A DNA stretch of 64,000 bases. It comes from the human T2T-CHM13v2.0 reference genome, Homo sapiens. Location of the stretch: the NCBI RefSeq assembly GCF_009914755.1, contig NC_060926.1, one strand, 5' to 3'. The notes beneath the pieces were generated by a model, which ran no database searches, was not told the DNA's origin, and worked only from the letters and a program-made list of their open reading frames with translations. The first letter of the stretch is position 1; each line of letters opens with the position of its first letter. Positions 43,004-64,000 of this stretch are shown here, in pieces. The position numbers and the translations under genes were made by a program.

Positions 43004-45012
43004 AAGATGCAGAATTTTCAAGTCACCAACTGTTTGGAGATTCTCAGGCCAAACCTGTCCATTTTCAGAATGAGTCTTTCATAGAAAGATACGAAGCGGC
43101 AATCCAGTGGGAAAGGATTGGTGGGCACAGATTCAGCCTGTGTGCCCTGTTAGAATTTGTCAGACTGTCGTGATCATTCAACCAGATAGAAGGGGCCTCC
43201 CTGAAGGTGGGAAATTATTTTCCTGACATCAGACATTCATCTTAGCATGGATGACGGCTCCTTCCTCTCCATCTTAATGAATCCATGTGAATTAAAAGAA
43301 ATCAGGCAGATCTAAAGACGTCATTCAACTGTGTTTCCCTTCCTTGCTCCCTCCCTGCCTCTTCTCTCTTTCTTCCTTCCCTCCCTCTCTGCCTCCCTCA
43401 TCTCCTTTCTCCTCCCTCCCTTCTTCTTCCCCTCTAGGGCTCAAGCGTGCACCATGGTCAACAGGTCTCTCCCTTACTACCCTGAGCTGTAGAGAAAGAG
43501 GCTGGGACCACAAAGAGGTGGCAGAGGGAAGAGAATCCACAGAAACCTCTAACAGTCCTCATTTTTCCTGGCCAGTCTGAGGTTGGGTTATGTGGCTATA
43601 GAGGAGAACAGAATGAGAACCTGTCCCTGCTTTACTCAGTGATTTCTTCATCGTGTTCTGGACCATTTGGAAGCTCCATGAGTGGAGTGAAGGAGAGAGG
43701 CTGAGCACCATCCCCGCTGCCCTCAGCTGTGTGACCATGAAGAAGTTGCATGTTTCCAGTTTCACCATGTGTAAGCCAACCTTACACCAGATAGGGAGCC
43801 CTAGCTTCCTGCCCCACTTGTTGCAAGGGCTCAGTCAATGGCAGGCCTGTGTGCAATGGGTTATTACATGAAATGCCAGTGCGGAAGGGATTGTAGGGGT
43901 CATTGAGCCCAACTGCTTGACCTTCCTGATGTGGAGACCACAGCCCAGAGAAGTTAATGCACTTTTCAAGGTCACAGGTGTTATTTAGTGGCACCATCCC
44001 CTGGGCCTCAGAGTCCTCGGCTGGAATTGTCAGCGCTTCCTAAACCCTTCTTGGAGTGAATACTCCAGAACCATTGAAATATGCATTTGCGTCTTCCATA
44101 TTTTCTTTGATATGTGTACTGGCCATTGCTGAATACAGGGTTTGAAGCTATCTTTTTTACACCGAAACAAAACAGAATAAAACAAAACAACCCATTCAAG
44201 ATGATTTACAAATTGAAGGCACCTAATAATAATACCTCGCATTTTTGGAGAGCTTTTTATTTGCAGAACACTTCCCAGACAGTAACTAATGAATTCTCCA
44301 ACTCCCCTTAGGAATAGTGACATATGCATTCCCACGCACACTAGGAACTTAATTTACATGAAACGAAGAAAAAGTCATTATAAAGTGGCATTCCCCTAAA
44401 TCATAATTACAACCTTCAGCCCAAGATAAACATGCTGAACCCTCCCAGGGATGCTGCGATGTTCACCCACTGCGGGGGTCTCCACTTCGATCCCAGCGCT
44501 GCCTGCATAAGGAGGACAGACCAGGAGTATTCACACAAAGTCAGTTCTCTCTGGGATCAAGGTCCCATTTTCCAGCCAAACAACTGGAGGTTAATGGCTT
44601 GTTAGGGGGCAAGTGCTGGGGCAGTGGTCTCCTTCTGTCAATTAAAAAGAAGACAGAGTGATGGGATGTCATGGAGGTGCCAGGGACTCGTGTGTGAACC
44701 GGGAATGTGGGTTTTTACAAAGAGGAGTCTGGAGGTGGACCTCCAGGAGTTTTTGGTCCCTGAGGGAGGGGCAGCAGTCTTCCCGGCACTTCATGAACCA
44801 CATACTGGCTGTTGCTGCCTTCGCCTCCCCAGGGGGCTGGTCCCATGCTCTGGCGGCCAGGCTCAGGCATCCACCTGTCCACTCAGTGCCCTGGCCCCCT
44901 GCCGTGGGTCTTGCCTTATTTAGCACAAATAACCCTCAGTGCATTGTGATGACATCAGCCACCAATGTCGATGTCTCCATGTACCACATTTGACATGTCC
45001 CAGGCTAAATAG

Positions 45013-47912
<2,900 letters not shown>

Positions 47913-48199
47913 CCCTAAAGGATGGGCTGCTTATGCTCATGGAGGATCCCTAGAGGAGCAGCAACTTCTCCATCCTCAGGCCAAGAAGCAGGCAGCAAGA
48001 TGTGAGCCCCTAGTATAGAGCAGAGGGTTCAGATGGTTGGGATGGAGAGGTCGCTGGCGCCCCGGCAATGCCCAGGAGGGATGGCATGCTCTTTCTGTCC
48101 AGGAGGTGAAATGCAGGCTATAGAAAGAGCATTGGTGGAGAGGCTGCAAACCGAATCCCAGAGTTGAGCTCACACCAATAACCCCTCAACATTTGAGAA

Positions 48200-50130
<1,931 letters not shown>

Positions 50131-50854
50131 TCCCACCAGCTGGCCCTGTCCTCTGCCTGAAGGGTGGTCACTTTGCTGGGCACTGCAAAGAGAGACAAAC
50201 CCCACGGTGTCATTAGGCCTCACTTGAAGCCACGCAGGTCTTAATTCTAGTTTAATGGGAGGTTCACACAGGACTCTGTTTTCTGAGGAGTCCCCAAGAC
50301 AGTAGGTGTCAACCACTCTCGTGTCCCACAGTGAGGTGAGGCCTACCACGCAGGGAGTGCAGATAGCAGAGAACTGCGCTTCAGAACCTGAGTTGAGATG
50401 ACTTGCTTCAGGCCTGGAGAGGACGCTGGAGAGGCCACAGGAAGGGCTAGGACTACGGACAGGAAGAGGTGCTGTGTTCTGAGTCTCAGCCCTGCTCTCT
50501 GTGTTCCAGCACATCTAATGAGAAGTGCTGAGGAGAAAGTTTGGCCTGTGCTTCTGCAGCTTGCGTAGTGGGATAATTTCTCACACTCACAGGTGTGGAA
50601 GTCAAAGCTGCCTGTGGCAGCAGAGAAGGGATGTGTTTGGGAGGTAACCAGTGCCCCCCTGTCCTGCTTGGGTCAAATACATGTCCTTCTGTGTATCAGG
50701 TGGGGCCACATGCAAGAGAGCTGGTCTAGGCTTGATTTAGAGCCTAGCCTCCAGTCCTGCCCAAGATGTGTCCTGGAGAGATGTGGAGGCCTCAGCAGAG
50801 AAGCTGGGGGGTCCCATAGGATGCCCAGATGCTGAGGAGGGGCTGGATATTTGT

Positions 50855-51215
50855 TTGCTCAGGCTGCCCTAACAAAATTCCACAGACCTGGGGCTTAAAC
50901 AACAGAAATAGACTGTCTCACAGTTCTGGAGGCTGGAAGTCCAAGATCAAGTTGCTGGCAGAGTTGGCCCCCTCTGAAGGCTGTGAGGGAGGGATCTGTT
51001 CCAGGCCTGGCTCCTTGGTGCTGTGCACCCCTGGTGGCTGTCTGTGTGTCCATATCTCCTTATAAGGACACCAGGTAGAGTGGATTAGGGCTCACCCTAA
51101 CAGCCTCATTTTAACTTAATTACGTCTTTAAAGGCCCTATCTCTAAATGCAGTCACATTCTGAGGCACTGGGGGCCAGGACTTCTGCCTGTGAATTGTGG
51201 GGACATGCTCAGCCT
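50855..51215. mobile_element. MLT1A/B-type LTR
   Basis: ggcttaaacaacagaaata...gttctggaggctggaagtccaagatcaag...gtcacattctgagg. Confidence 0.8.
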
Positions 51216-51989
51216 ATACAAGTTGGCATACTTCTGTCTGTCTGGGGAACCACAGGTGAGAGATCCCTGTGATGGGAGTGGAGGAGGCAGGAGGAAGAGA
51301 GTTTTCTTCCAGAGTCACGTTAAGGACACCCCAAGACAGAGTCAGCACCAGGCTAGGACCCCAATCCCAGGCACATCCAAGCCAGTGAAGGAAAAATCTC
51401 CCTCCCTACACTTTGGGCTAGAGTTGGAAGTCACTGAAGGAATGCTGGGCAGGGAAGCAGTGAAGAGGTGGCCACAGCCCTTTGCCTCTGATGACCTGCC
51501 ACCAAAGGCACCAGGCAGTGCCTTTGGGTGGGACAGAGTGTACAAAGCAACAAATCCATGCAGGGTGCAGCAGGGCCGGAGCTAGGGGTGAAGGACCAGG
51601 GACAGGGGGGCAGGGGGAAGCTGCTGGAGTTTGCAGTCATAAAAATTGCTGGAACAGCTTTGTGCTTCTATTTGCCCCCAGGTCACCATGGTTTGGGGAG
51701 ACATATTACATGTATAAAACACTGCAGCTTGGTGGGCAGGGGGCAGCTGGACACCAGCCCAATAACCCTCATATGGGCCTTGTCTCTTGGAGAACAGAGA
51801 CTGAGAATGGTCAGGAATTTGGTTGGCAGTAAAAGGCTCATGAAGTCATTCGGTACTTTTCATACAGTCCTGTAAGCCATGCTACTAAGGCATGTAGTAT
51901 TTTTTTTTTTTTTAAACTGGAACAGATAGTCCCCTGTTTGGAACAAGTTCATTTATAGGAAATATGATATGCAATGGATAGTTAATTTA

Positions 51990-54300
51990 AAAAGAAACAT
52001 TTAGCCCAAAATAATCTTGCAAAAGAAGAACAAAGTTGGAAGACTCACATTCCTGATTTCAGATATTACTACAAAGTTACAGTAATCAAGATGGTGTGGT
52101 GCTGCCATAAGGATGGATATAGAGGTTATTGGAATGGGAATGAGAGTCCAGAAATAAGCCCTCGTGTGTGCAGCCAATTCATTTTGGACAAGGGTGCCAA
52201 GAAAATTCAATGGGGGGTGGGGAGAGAATACTCTTTTTAATAAATGGTGCTGAGATAGCTGGATATCCACATGCAAAAGAATGAAGCTGCACCCCTACCT
52301 CACACCATACACAAAAAGTAACTTAAAATGAATCACAGATCTAAATACTACAGCTAAAACTTTGAAAGTCCTTGAAGAGGATATAAGAGCAAATCTTCAT
52401 GACCTTGAGTTGAACAAAGCCTTCTTATATATGACATGAAAGCCTGAGACAAAATTTCAAATGGATACATTAAACTTCATCACAATGAGAAACTTTTGCA
52501 CAACCAAAGGCAGTATCAAGAAGGTGAAGAGAAAACTCACAGAATTTGAGAAAATATTTGCAAATCATATATCTGATAGGGATCTAGCATTCAGAACATA
52601 TAAAAACCCCTTACAACTTAACAATAAAAAGACAAATAACCTAATTTTAAAATGGGCAAAGGATTTGCATAAACATTTCTCCAAGGAAGATATAAAATGG
52701 CCAATAACTATATAAAAGGATGCTCAACATCCTTAGTATTAGGGAAATGCAAAGCAGAACTGCTATGCAATATTACGTCACACTTACTAGGATAGTTAGA
52801 ATAAGAAAAGATGGACCATAACAAGTGTTGACAAGGACATGAAGAAATGGAAAATCCCGTTCCTCGTTGGTGGAAATATACAATGGTGCTGCTCCTGTGG
52901 AAAATGCATTGGCAGTTTCCCAAAAGGCTAAACATACAGGTAGCACGACCCAGCCATTCCACACCTAGGTATATACTGAAAAGAATTCAAAACATATCTT
53001 CACACAAATACTTGTGCTATGAATGTTCATACTGGCATTATTCATAGTAGCCAAAAGGTGGAAATAACCCAATGCCCATCAACTGATGAATAGATAAAAA
53101 CAATGTGTTTCTCTCCATGCAAGGAGATATTCAGCTGTAAATAAAAATGAAGTGCTGATAACATGCTACAATATGGATGAACCTTGGAAACACTGTGCTA
53201 AGTGAAAGAAGTCAGACACAAAAGGAGACATATTGTATAATTCCACCTATATGAAATGTCCAGAATGGGCAAATCCACAGAGATGGAAACTAGATTCGTG
53301 GTTGCCAGGGATTGTGGGGAGGGGAGATTGGGGAATGACTGCTAATGGGTCCAGGGTTTCTATCTGGGGTGATAAAAATGTTGTGGAGGCTGGGTGCGGT
53401 GGCTCACACCTGTAATCCCAGTACTTTGGGTGGCCAAGGTGGTTGGATCATCTGAGTTCAGGGGTTCAAGACCAGCCTGGCCGACATGGTGAAATCCCAT
53501 CTCTACTAAAAATACAAAAATTAGCCAGGAGTGATCGTGGGTGCCTGTAATCCCAGCTACTCGGGAGGCTAAGACAGGAGAATTGCTTGAACCCTGGGAG
53601 GCGGAGGTTGCAGTGAGCCAAGACCACACCACTGCACTCCAGACTGGGCAACAAAAGCGAAACTCCATCTCAAAAAAAAAAAAAAAAAAAAGTTCTGGAA
53701 TTAGACAGTGGTGATGGTTGCATAATCTTGTGAATACACTAAAAACCACTGGACTTTACACTGTAAAAGATACATTTTATGCTTTGTGAATTATATATCA
53801 ATTTTTAAAAACGTAATGAGTCAACTTAAATATCCATCAATAGGGAATGTTAAATAAACCAAGATGAATTGTACTACAGAGATACTGAGCAGAGGTCCCA
53901 AGCAATGAGGTAGATCTTTCTGTACTGATACTGAACAATGTCCCAGATTTCCTACTAAATGATAAAAGCAAGTTTCAGAACACAAAACAGCATGTATAAT
54001 GTGAATCTATTTGTGTTAAATACACACACATACACACACACACACAGACATGTAAATGAATATGGACAGATATATCTAATTGACAAGAGTGGGTGCTGTG
54101 GCTCACACCTGCAATCCCAGCACTTTGGGAAGCTGAGGCGGAGGATCACTTGCGGCCAGGAGCTCAAGACTAGTGTGGCTCTCTTTGGGGTGAACTGTAT
54201 GGGGATAAAGGGGAACTCTTATCTATTTATATTGTATACTTTTTTTTAAGCAGCATTGTATTACTTGATTTAAAATAAATTTCAAAGAAGAAAAGGGGAA
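51990..54300 (+). mobile_element. L1M ORF2 end / 3' UTR with Alu (53388-53691), plus a further L1 fragment with (CA)n and an Alu monomer
   Basis: ORF 52461-52715 EKIFANHISDRDL...NNLILKWAKDL matches the L1 ORF2 C-terminus. Confidence 0.85.
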
Positions 54301-54542
54301 AGAAATGTAGTGAACTAAAAACGGCTTATGTTGGGGTTTAGCATTGAATATTTTAAATATTTGTCTGCTGGTTATTTGAATTATGTCACAAAGTAACAGC
54401 TTACATTTGCACACTGCTTTACAGTAAATAAAGCTTAGACATATTAAAAAAAAACATAAAAGCAAAAAACCCCCTTTAGCAAGAATATTCCAGGCTCTAT
54501 TACAGGTTATTTCTTTTTCACTCTAACGTGACACTTACTTAA

Positions 54543-55200
<658 letters not shown>

Positions 55201-55409
55201 TGCTGCTCCTTTCTTTACAATGATGTTGCCCATTTTAGTAGGTCGGGTGGATTCATACTTTTGTAGGGGAAAAGGTAGTTTTTTTATGATTAGTTGATTA
55301 TATTTAAGACAAAACGTAACACATGTGAAAGGACAACATTTTACTTGGAAAGAAGTTTAAGGAAGAGACACTAGGATGTTTTAGAGACAGAGTGATGTTG
55401 ATTTCAAGG

Positions 55410-55415
55410 TTTATT
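55410..55415 (-). terminator. Candidate distal poly(A) signal AATAAA
   Basis: Plus-strand tttatt at the left edge of a long, repeat-poor, UTR-like block. Confidence 0.4.
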
Positions 55416-56158
55416 GAGACATTAAAAAAGTAATTTCACTGATAAATTAATATTTCCCTTTAAATATAAAAGTGCTTATGCTTACGAATCCTTAAGGCTC
55501 GTTCTGTTACGGTACAGTAAGATGTTTCCCCATCCCAGGAACTGCACTGCGTGAGTTTCAGGTGAATTTATAGAAACAGCAAAATCTCCAAACAGTAAAG
55601 TAAGTGGTCAAAGACTCCATCATCTTTGCACTTGTAAATTTTAGACTCAGATAAAATACAAGATCCTTCTAGACAAATTCTTAATATTAGATGTGTTCTC
55701 CACTCCTTCCTAAGATTGTGCCAAAATAATTCACTATTAAATTATTCATGATTTGAATGTGGAGTTTTCTTTGCAATATGATAAATGCAACTGTGGTGAC
55801 ACGAGAGAGAGAGAGAGAGAGAAAGGGGGTTTAACGTTTGCACTGCCTCATGCAGATATGGGTAACCCCCAAAGTGAAGATTTTAGGTTCCGGGTGTGCA
55901 GATATCTTAAAAGCAGACTGGGAGATGGGATTCCTAAACAGGAATAAGAGATTTGGCCTGCTTAGGGGGAGGGATCCACTTAAACTTCCTAGGAAGACTT
56001 AAAAGGTCACTGTTTCAGCTGATATACTTTGCACCCTCACCGCAGATTGCAAATTATTTTTGCACAGTACTACACTAGAACTATGCGCAATGTCCTCATA
56101 GTTATGTGTAGATGTGCTTTTATGAAGAAAACAACATTTATTGTAGGTTTTTAGAATT

Positions 56159-56277
56159 TCTTTTTCTCTTTTTTTTTGAGACGGAGTCTCGCTCTGTTGC
56201 CCAGGCTGAAGTGCAGTGGCGTGATCTCGGCTCACTGCAACCTCCGCCTTCCGGGTTCAAGCAATTCTGTCTCAGCC
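56159..56277 (-). mobile_element. 5'-truncated Alu
   Basis: Flanked by duplicated ggtttttagaatttct. Confidence 0.88.
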
Positions 56278-57246
56278 TGGTTTTTAGAATTTCTAACTTC
56301 AGAAGAATCACAAGCTCATTGCAGAAAATTTGGAAAACAGAGACAAGCACAAAAGAAAACACCAGTCTTCCAAACAGTGAAATATTTTGATGCATGTACT
56401 TTCCAGTCTATTTATATGAATGCCTTAAAATAAATTTTTATCATATATAATGTTTTGGAGTAGAAAAAAACAATAAAGTTTCCCTGCAAGAAGTATTCAC
56501 AGATTTTGAGAAGAAAGGCTGGAAGAAGTGATTCTTACTAAAGCCAATGGTCTTTAATGAATTGCTTGGATTAACTTTTTTTTTTTCCCACATACTCAGA
56601 GACACAGATAGGAGCCTGCAACTTTCTCAGCCGTAGTGTTTGTAATGTTGCTGCTTAACAGAGCCATTACAGCTACTTGGATTAAAATAGTGACTATCAA
56701 CACAGATTCTGGACTTTCTCCACAATCACATCCAAATGCACTAACAAGAAGCCCCAAATGAATATCACATAACAAAATGAACTTGATCTACTTTAATAGA
56801 GAATAACTAGAAGAGATATGAAAATGGTATTGGACCTAATAAACGGCATTTTCATCAATGCTACAATGTGTACATTTTCACGACATAAATTACTATACAG
56901 AATTGTCCTACTTAAAATCCTCTTCAATTCTTGAAACCATCCTAAGATTGATGGCTGTAAGAAGATGAAGATCTTATAATTTGTTTTTGTGACTGCCAAA
57001 GCTGGATACCTGGAAAATTCTCGAGGGAGATAAGCTGGCTCCCAAGTTGCTGACAGCTTTCCCAAGACCAAAACGCAGAATTTGAAACGGTGTTTGATGT
57101 GACACACTAGGCCTTTGATATCAGAATACTGAAGCAGAGTTGCTAGCTCCATGAATAAACCTCCAAGATGACACACACAGCATAAAAAAATGGTGGAATT
57201 TTAAATTCCTTCACTGACTGGGGCAGAATTCATGCGAGGGACTTTA

Positions 57247-57777
<531 letters not shown>

Positions 57778-58348
57778 TTAGGCATAAATCAGGCTGAACC
57801 TTTCATCATCTCCAGCCATGGTTCCTTTTATTTTTTTTATTTTTTATTTTTTTAACTGGAGAAAGGTTAGGAAAGGGATTTCCAGTGAATATGAAAAGAA
57901 GGGACTCTTCAGTATGTCATGATTACTTTGGTTAAGCTCAAAGCACTGATTTACTGATGCAAGGCAGACACACTGGCCCTGTGCCTAAAAAATGTAACAG
58001 CTAAAAATTTCAATCCACCATTTAGGGCTTTGACCCTAGTGGTATGCAACATCCAGATCATTAGTTGGATTTCTAGTCTTTGTCTGCATGTTTGGGGCTA
58101 GAATGTCCAGTCATTGGGCATCACAAAGATCAATGAGATCATATGTTGATTTTCCTCTCTACTGGTACAGCCACTAAAGTTTTTCCTACAATTAAATAGT
58201 TATGTTGATGCAACCACCTAACCTCCTAGAGGAAAAAAAAAACATCCATTTTCTCAAGAGAGGTTTCCTCTTTCTTTCCCGAAGCTCATGCATGACATAC
58301 CTAAGTCCCTTATGACAGATCTCCTTTCTCAGAGACGAACCTCCCTGA

Positions 58349-58895
<547 letters not shown>

Positions 58896-59633
58896 TGATT
58901 TCTTAAAACTAGGGTGTGATGATGAGGAGGAGGATGGGGCGTACCACCCACAGTGGGGTATTAGGTAGCCCTGCTGCCCTGCCCGCCTTGGTCTGTTAGA
59001 ACTCTGCCTGCAGCCAGGAAGGACTCAAAGTGGTAGCCACACAGGTGAAGGAGCTCCCTCACTGGTGTCTTCCCTGGCTGGTCCTGTCTCTCTCCCATCT
59101 CATGGGGGTGGGTATGGCTACCCTGCTGTCATCCTCTTGGTCTGCTAGATCCTAGTCCAATCTAGACCCTAGGAGAAAATTCCATCTCCCACATTGTACA
59201 TGTCTGCACCTTGGTGCCTGCAGACATAATATACTTCCTTTGCCTCTGTTCCTACAGTAATGTTTAAAACCCTGTCAAGTGTGACACCTGGGTATCTCAA
59301 AAAGCTTGCCCAGATCTGTCGCTCAGTAAGGTGATTGACATGTTAAGTTACACCTCACATAGAGAAAACTGAGGCACAGAGAAGAGCTTTATTCAAAGAC
59401 CCGGTGCAGCAGGACAACGGAAGAGGGTGCTTGGGCACTCCAGTTACTGTTCCAACTGCGTGGCCCCAACATGAGTGCATTCTTACACTGGAGCTCCATT
59501 TCCTTAAAGCCTCCACTGTTGCTAACAACTGTTCTATTAATAGTAAGGAGTCAAGAAATGAAATCCGACTTATAGAACTTACAAGGAAAAACTCTAAAGG
59601 AACAAAAGATCAACCCAGCCCACAGAGGAGGAC

Positions 59634-59654
59634 GTGTGTGTGTGTGTGTGTGTG
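59634..59654 (+). repeat. (GT)n microsatellite
   Basis: About 10 GT units. Confidence 0.9.
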
Positions 59655-61930
59655 AAGCCCTGGGAACTTCAAGGGATTAATAATCAGTTTGCAAATTACT
59701 CAAAAGTGTCAATGCTGCTATGTCACCATTTAAAGAGGCCTCAGAGATGGCTGGTGATGCTATGGAAGTGTCTGTAAGTAAAGATCCATGTGACACATGC
59801 TTAGAATTACAGACATCTCAGCTACATGGCCATCCTTTGGGCTTTGTGATCACTCATGCTACAGATGAAGGTAAGATGGGAGACTCCAAGAATGTTCTTT
59901 GAAAAGTCAGATACCCTTGGCTCCTGTGGATGGAATGCTGCTTAGTGAAGTAGTGCACATTCCTCACTGCTGAGTATTTTCTTTTTGCTCCTATGGGCAT
60001 CTAGAAATAAAGGGATCTTGAATACTGGGGAAAATTCAGTTTTGTTTTATGGAAAATTGAAAAAGCAACGATAAGGAAACTAGAACATTGATATTATTTT
60101 AATTACCCAACAGCACTCTAAAAATCCTAAACATTGGTGCTATGTTATATCATGTCTAGATCCAAGTATTTCTGGATGAGCTTTCCTATTTTAAAAATGG
60201 GTAAAAAAAACAAAACAAAACAAAACCCAAGTCCCTGATTCAGCTTTTCAGGCTACATCAATACCCCTGGTGCTTCAACACAAATGCTGACCCTTGTACT
60301 GACTGGCAATTAGTGCCCTGAATTCAACCCTCAGATCAATGTCTATAAAATTGGCTGTAAGAGGTGGATTTTCAAAGTAACACACAGAGATTTAATCCCT
60401 TGATTCCCATTACTGTGAGTAAGAGCTGTGAACCTAAATCCCCTTGCAGCCAACACAAAATTTACCCCCTGCTGCCTCGGAGTGCCAATTAAAATAATAA
60501 AAACCAAAACCGTGGGCAGATGTAATTAGTTTGAGAACGGAGTTTATAATTTTCCTCATGCCAAGCAAACAAGTTAACCCCTTTGGTGACATATACAGAA
60601 TAATCTGGACAAAGGGAACACAAATCTCAAGTCTGAACATTTCTTGTGCTATTTGCCAGGAAGTTGTAATATTGAAAAACTGTGCTCTTCTGAGAATGGG
60701 AAAATGAGGACATAAACTCTGGTTCCAAATGGTTGGAAGTGCAGTTTATGTGGTCAGGTTGTTTTTCCCCTTTCATTAAAAAAACTTTCAAGATTCCACT
60801 TGATCCGGGTTTCTTCGAAAATGTATTACTTTTTACAAATATAATTCTTATAGGGACAGACTTCAGCTGTGTAGCAGGCAAAGCTACAGAAGAGAACGTT
60901 CTTGAAAGACTGCTGGGTGTTTCTTAGCACAAACCACCTCTGAAAGAGTATCAAGCTCAGTGGTTGGTGAAGCAAAGCCAAGTTCCTGTCCCACCCATCT
61001 CTGGGATGAGGAGTTCTCCATGGTGACCCTGAGTCAGGCTTCTTCTGCACCCCTCTGCCTGGTTAATGAGGACTCAACTGAACTGCCCATCTGCAAACAA
61101 ACCCTTTCTGCATTTTTCTCTCTAGACACGAGTGAGTTATGTCAGATGGTATAATGGGAAAAAGACAAAGGATATTTGAATCTAAGGACATGGGCTGGAT
61201 CAGGTGAAGGGATGGTTTTGCTTTTGTTGCTGTTTCTGCTTCTTTAGTTTGGGGAGGAGGATAAGGAAAAGGGTTGGAGATAAGACTAAAAATGAAGTTA
61301 ACAAACTTACCCTCCCACATAGGGGATGCTTCATGTCAAGCCACTGGTCTAATGCCTCCGTCTTCTTTAGTTCAAAATTATCTTATTTTACTCAACCAAA
61401 TATTGCAAACATGATTCCACCATGTTGGTTTCAGTTGTGTGCAGTTCCCTGACTGCACACAAGTCAGGGAACTAACTTGTGACACTAAAGAATGACAAGC
61501 AAAGCGGCATCCCAGGGCTACTGGTTGAACAGGAACCCTGTGGCCATTGAGATGACCTTCTCAAGCTTCCTGTTGAGCCTTCACTGGGACACTGGGAGCG
61601 TGCATGTGCATACGTGCATGCATGTGCGCGCGTGTGTGCGTATGTGTATGTATCAGGAAATAGCAAAGACAAATAGTAAACTATAGTTATAATGAAGAAA
61701 AACATACTTCTTTTCCATGAAAAATGTCAGACTTCATACTGATAATCTGTGGGAGCTACATTTAAGCCATTTATGAAACAAAAAGATTGCTTTTCGAGAT
61801 TATAAACTGGGAGCCAGAACAACTGACTTGAACGTATTTTGATTCTCAAGTTTCCGTGTAAAAATATTCACAGAAATTGGTGGATGTCTTTTACGTACAA
61901 CTCAACTTCTCTCATTTACAACATAAATCA

Positions 61931-61936
61931 TTTAAT
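61931..61936 (-). terminator. Candidate proximal poly(A) signal ATTAAA
   Basis: Plus-strand tttaat at the left edge of the most UTR-like block. Confidence 0.45.
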
Positions 61937-63125
61937 GTAACATTTGCAACCTTAGAAAGGCAGACATGTTTAATCCAAGTCCGTTTATAAATTCCAATTT
62001 CACATGGATTAAAAACTGCAGATAAATTAAGTCACAATAATATCCTGTACATGCATTAAGGCTGGTGACTGCTAAAGTCTCTTGGGAATCTACAAATAGG
62101 AAATCACACGCAGATTACTGGGTCTGAAGAGTGTCTACATTGTTAAAAAAATCTTGCTTTTTTTTTTTTTTGGTGATGCAGATTTCAACAGTAACTCTGG
62201 AAAACTGTGAAAAATGTTATTTAAAAATATATATGTATATGCTACTGCACAGTTTCAAAGATGTGATTCATAAATAATGTTGGCTGCACTGATTAATTTT
62301 ATAACAATTACTGCACTTCCAAGTTGATGCGAACACGCAGTGACTCATACTCAATATTAGGCACTAGTAATATCCTTCAGGCGTACTACAGTTTTATGTT
62401 AGCTGTATTGTACATATATATTTTTAAATGTATGCATTTATACAAACTGTGTATATTATGTATGGGGTGTCAGAAATGTACACATCACTGTTATATAATA
62501 CACACATCATTGTTGTACATATGAGGATAAGTTTTAGTGCAGAAAGTCTCATTGCATTGCATTCCATGTGTTCAATCTAGTACACAATTTGTCAACTCTT
62601 CAGATTATTTTTCCAGTACATTCCTCATTAGATTGTGGGTTTCAAGTTTCCATTTGCAATTTGAATGTTTCCAGAAATCTCTGTCTTAACCAAACCTCTC
62701 TCTCCAGGCACGATTCTGCACATGAGTCTGATCTGTGTAGAGTAGTATCATCAAAAATGCCAAATTTTGATCAGGAATATACCTGGACTACTCTCTTTCA
62801 AAGGCAATTGAACATCGTGATAAAGGATAGCATCTATTCAGGTCATGGAAGGATATGGTCAGTTGAACTTGTGTTGAACTTTGGAGGCAAATGTACGTCT
62901 TCAAATAAAAAGACATGGTAATAAAAATTATTTGCTTAAATTTGAGAGTCTCTGGAAGGATATACATCAAACTGTGAGCAGTGGTTGTCTCAGGCAGAAG
63001 GGACAACCAGGGACTTACACTTTCTACTTTCTACATTTCTGCACTGTTTGAGTTTTTACAATGAGTAGATATTACTTTTCTAATTAGAAAACACAAGAAA
63101 GGTATTTCAACTTGAAACAAAACTA

Positions 63126-63512
<387 letters not shown>

Positions 63513-64000
63513 TCACCCATGCCAAACCCCACAGAAACTGCTGTACCAACGTGCTCCACACGTGCTCCACAGATGAAACAAGACAGTCATAAGAACTACA
63601 CGCTCTGACCACTGCCCACAACGGTAAGTTTCAAGAAGTTTTCCTGGGAAATGTGGGCCATCAGAGTGCTGATAAAACACTGCTGGCCCACCTGTCAAAT
63701 GGGGCTTCACAGGGAAGCTCATCACATAGATGTTACAACAAAGTCTGCAACTTTCAAGGTGGGCAGGACCAGAGAAGCTCTCCAGGTATGCAGGATAGAC
63801 CTCCAGGGCCATCCCTTTATGTGTTTGAATATTTCATCAGGATTCTTTAAGAGTAGGTAGAACAAAGCCTCAGTCCTCCAAAAAAATGACTCAAAATTTC
63901 TTAAGTTAGGTTCAAGTTTCTGACATAGGATGGGATTGTGAACTCTGCCAAAAATTAGTGAAAGGGCTGGGTGTGGTGGCTCACGCCTGTAATCACAACA

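Overview
Primate (human-like) genomic DNA, very Alu-dense, with no intact protein-coding ORF; the long ORFs supplied are repeat- or CpG-island artefacts or decayed retroviral genes. Left end: a CpG-island promoter (~3.7-5.45 kb) of a minus-strand gene. Its exon 1 has a clean donor at 4473 and appears to splice to an acceptor at 308, creating a 25-codon uORF. Middle: a two-LTR class I provirus (LTR10F/HERV-IP10-like, 11375-19162, + strand, PBS-Pro, ATCAT target duplication, RT core deleted) inserted into an Alu and itself hit by an AluY. An older minus-strand ERV1-type provirus (~21.1-31 kb) has pol/env remnants and many nested insertions. MaLR LTRs, an LTR19-like solo LTR, DNA transposons and L1/L2/MIR fragments follow. 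Right end: probable long 3' UTR of a second minus-strand gene, with poly(A) signals near 61.9 and 55.4 kb and an inverted Alu pair between them. I could not name either host gene. Repeat family names come from recalled consensus sequences, not a search, and repeat edges are approximate unless a TSD is quoted. Nothing here is demonstrably a new biological system. The best leads are the LTR AP-1 asymmetry, the hairpin array before gag, the spliced uORF and the poly(A)-gated inverted Alus.
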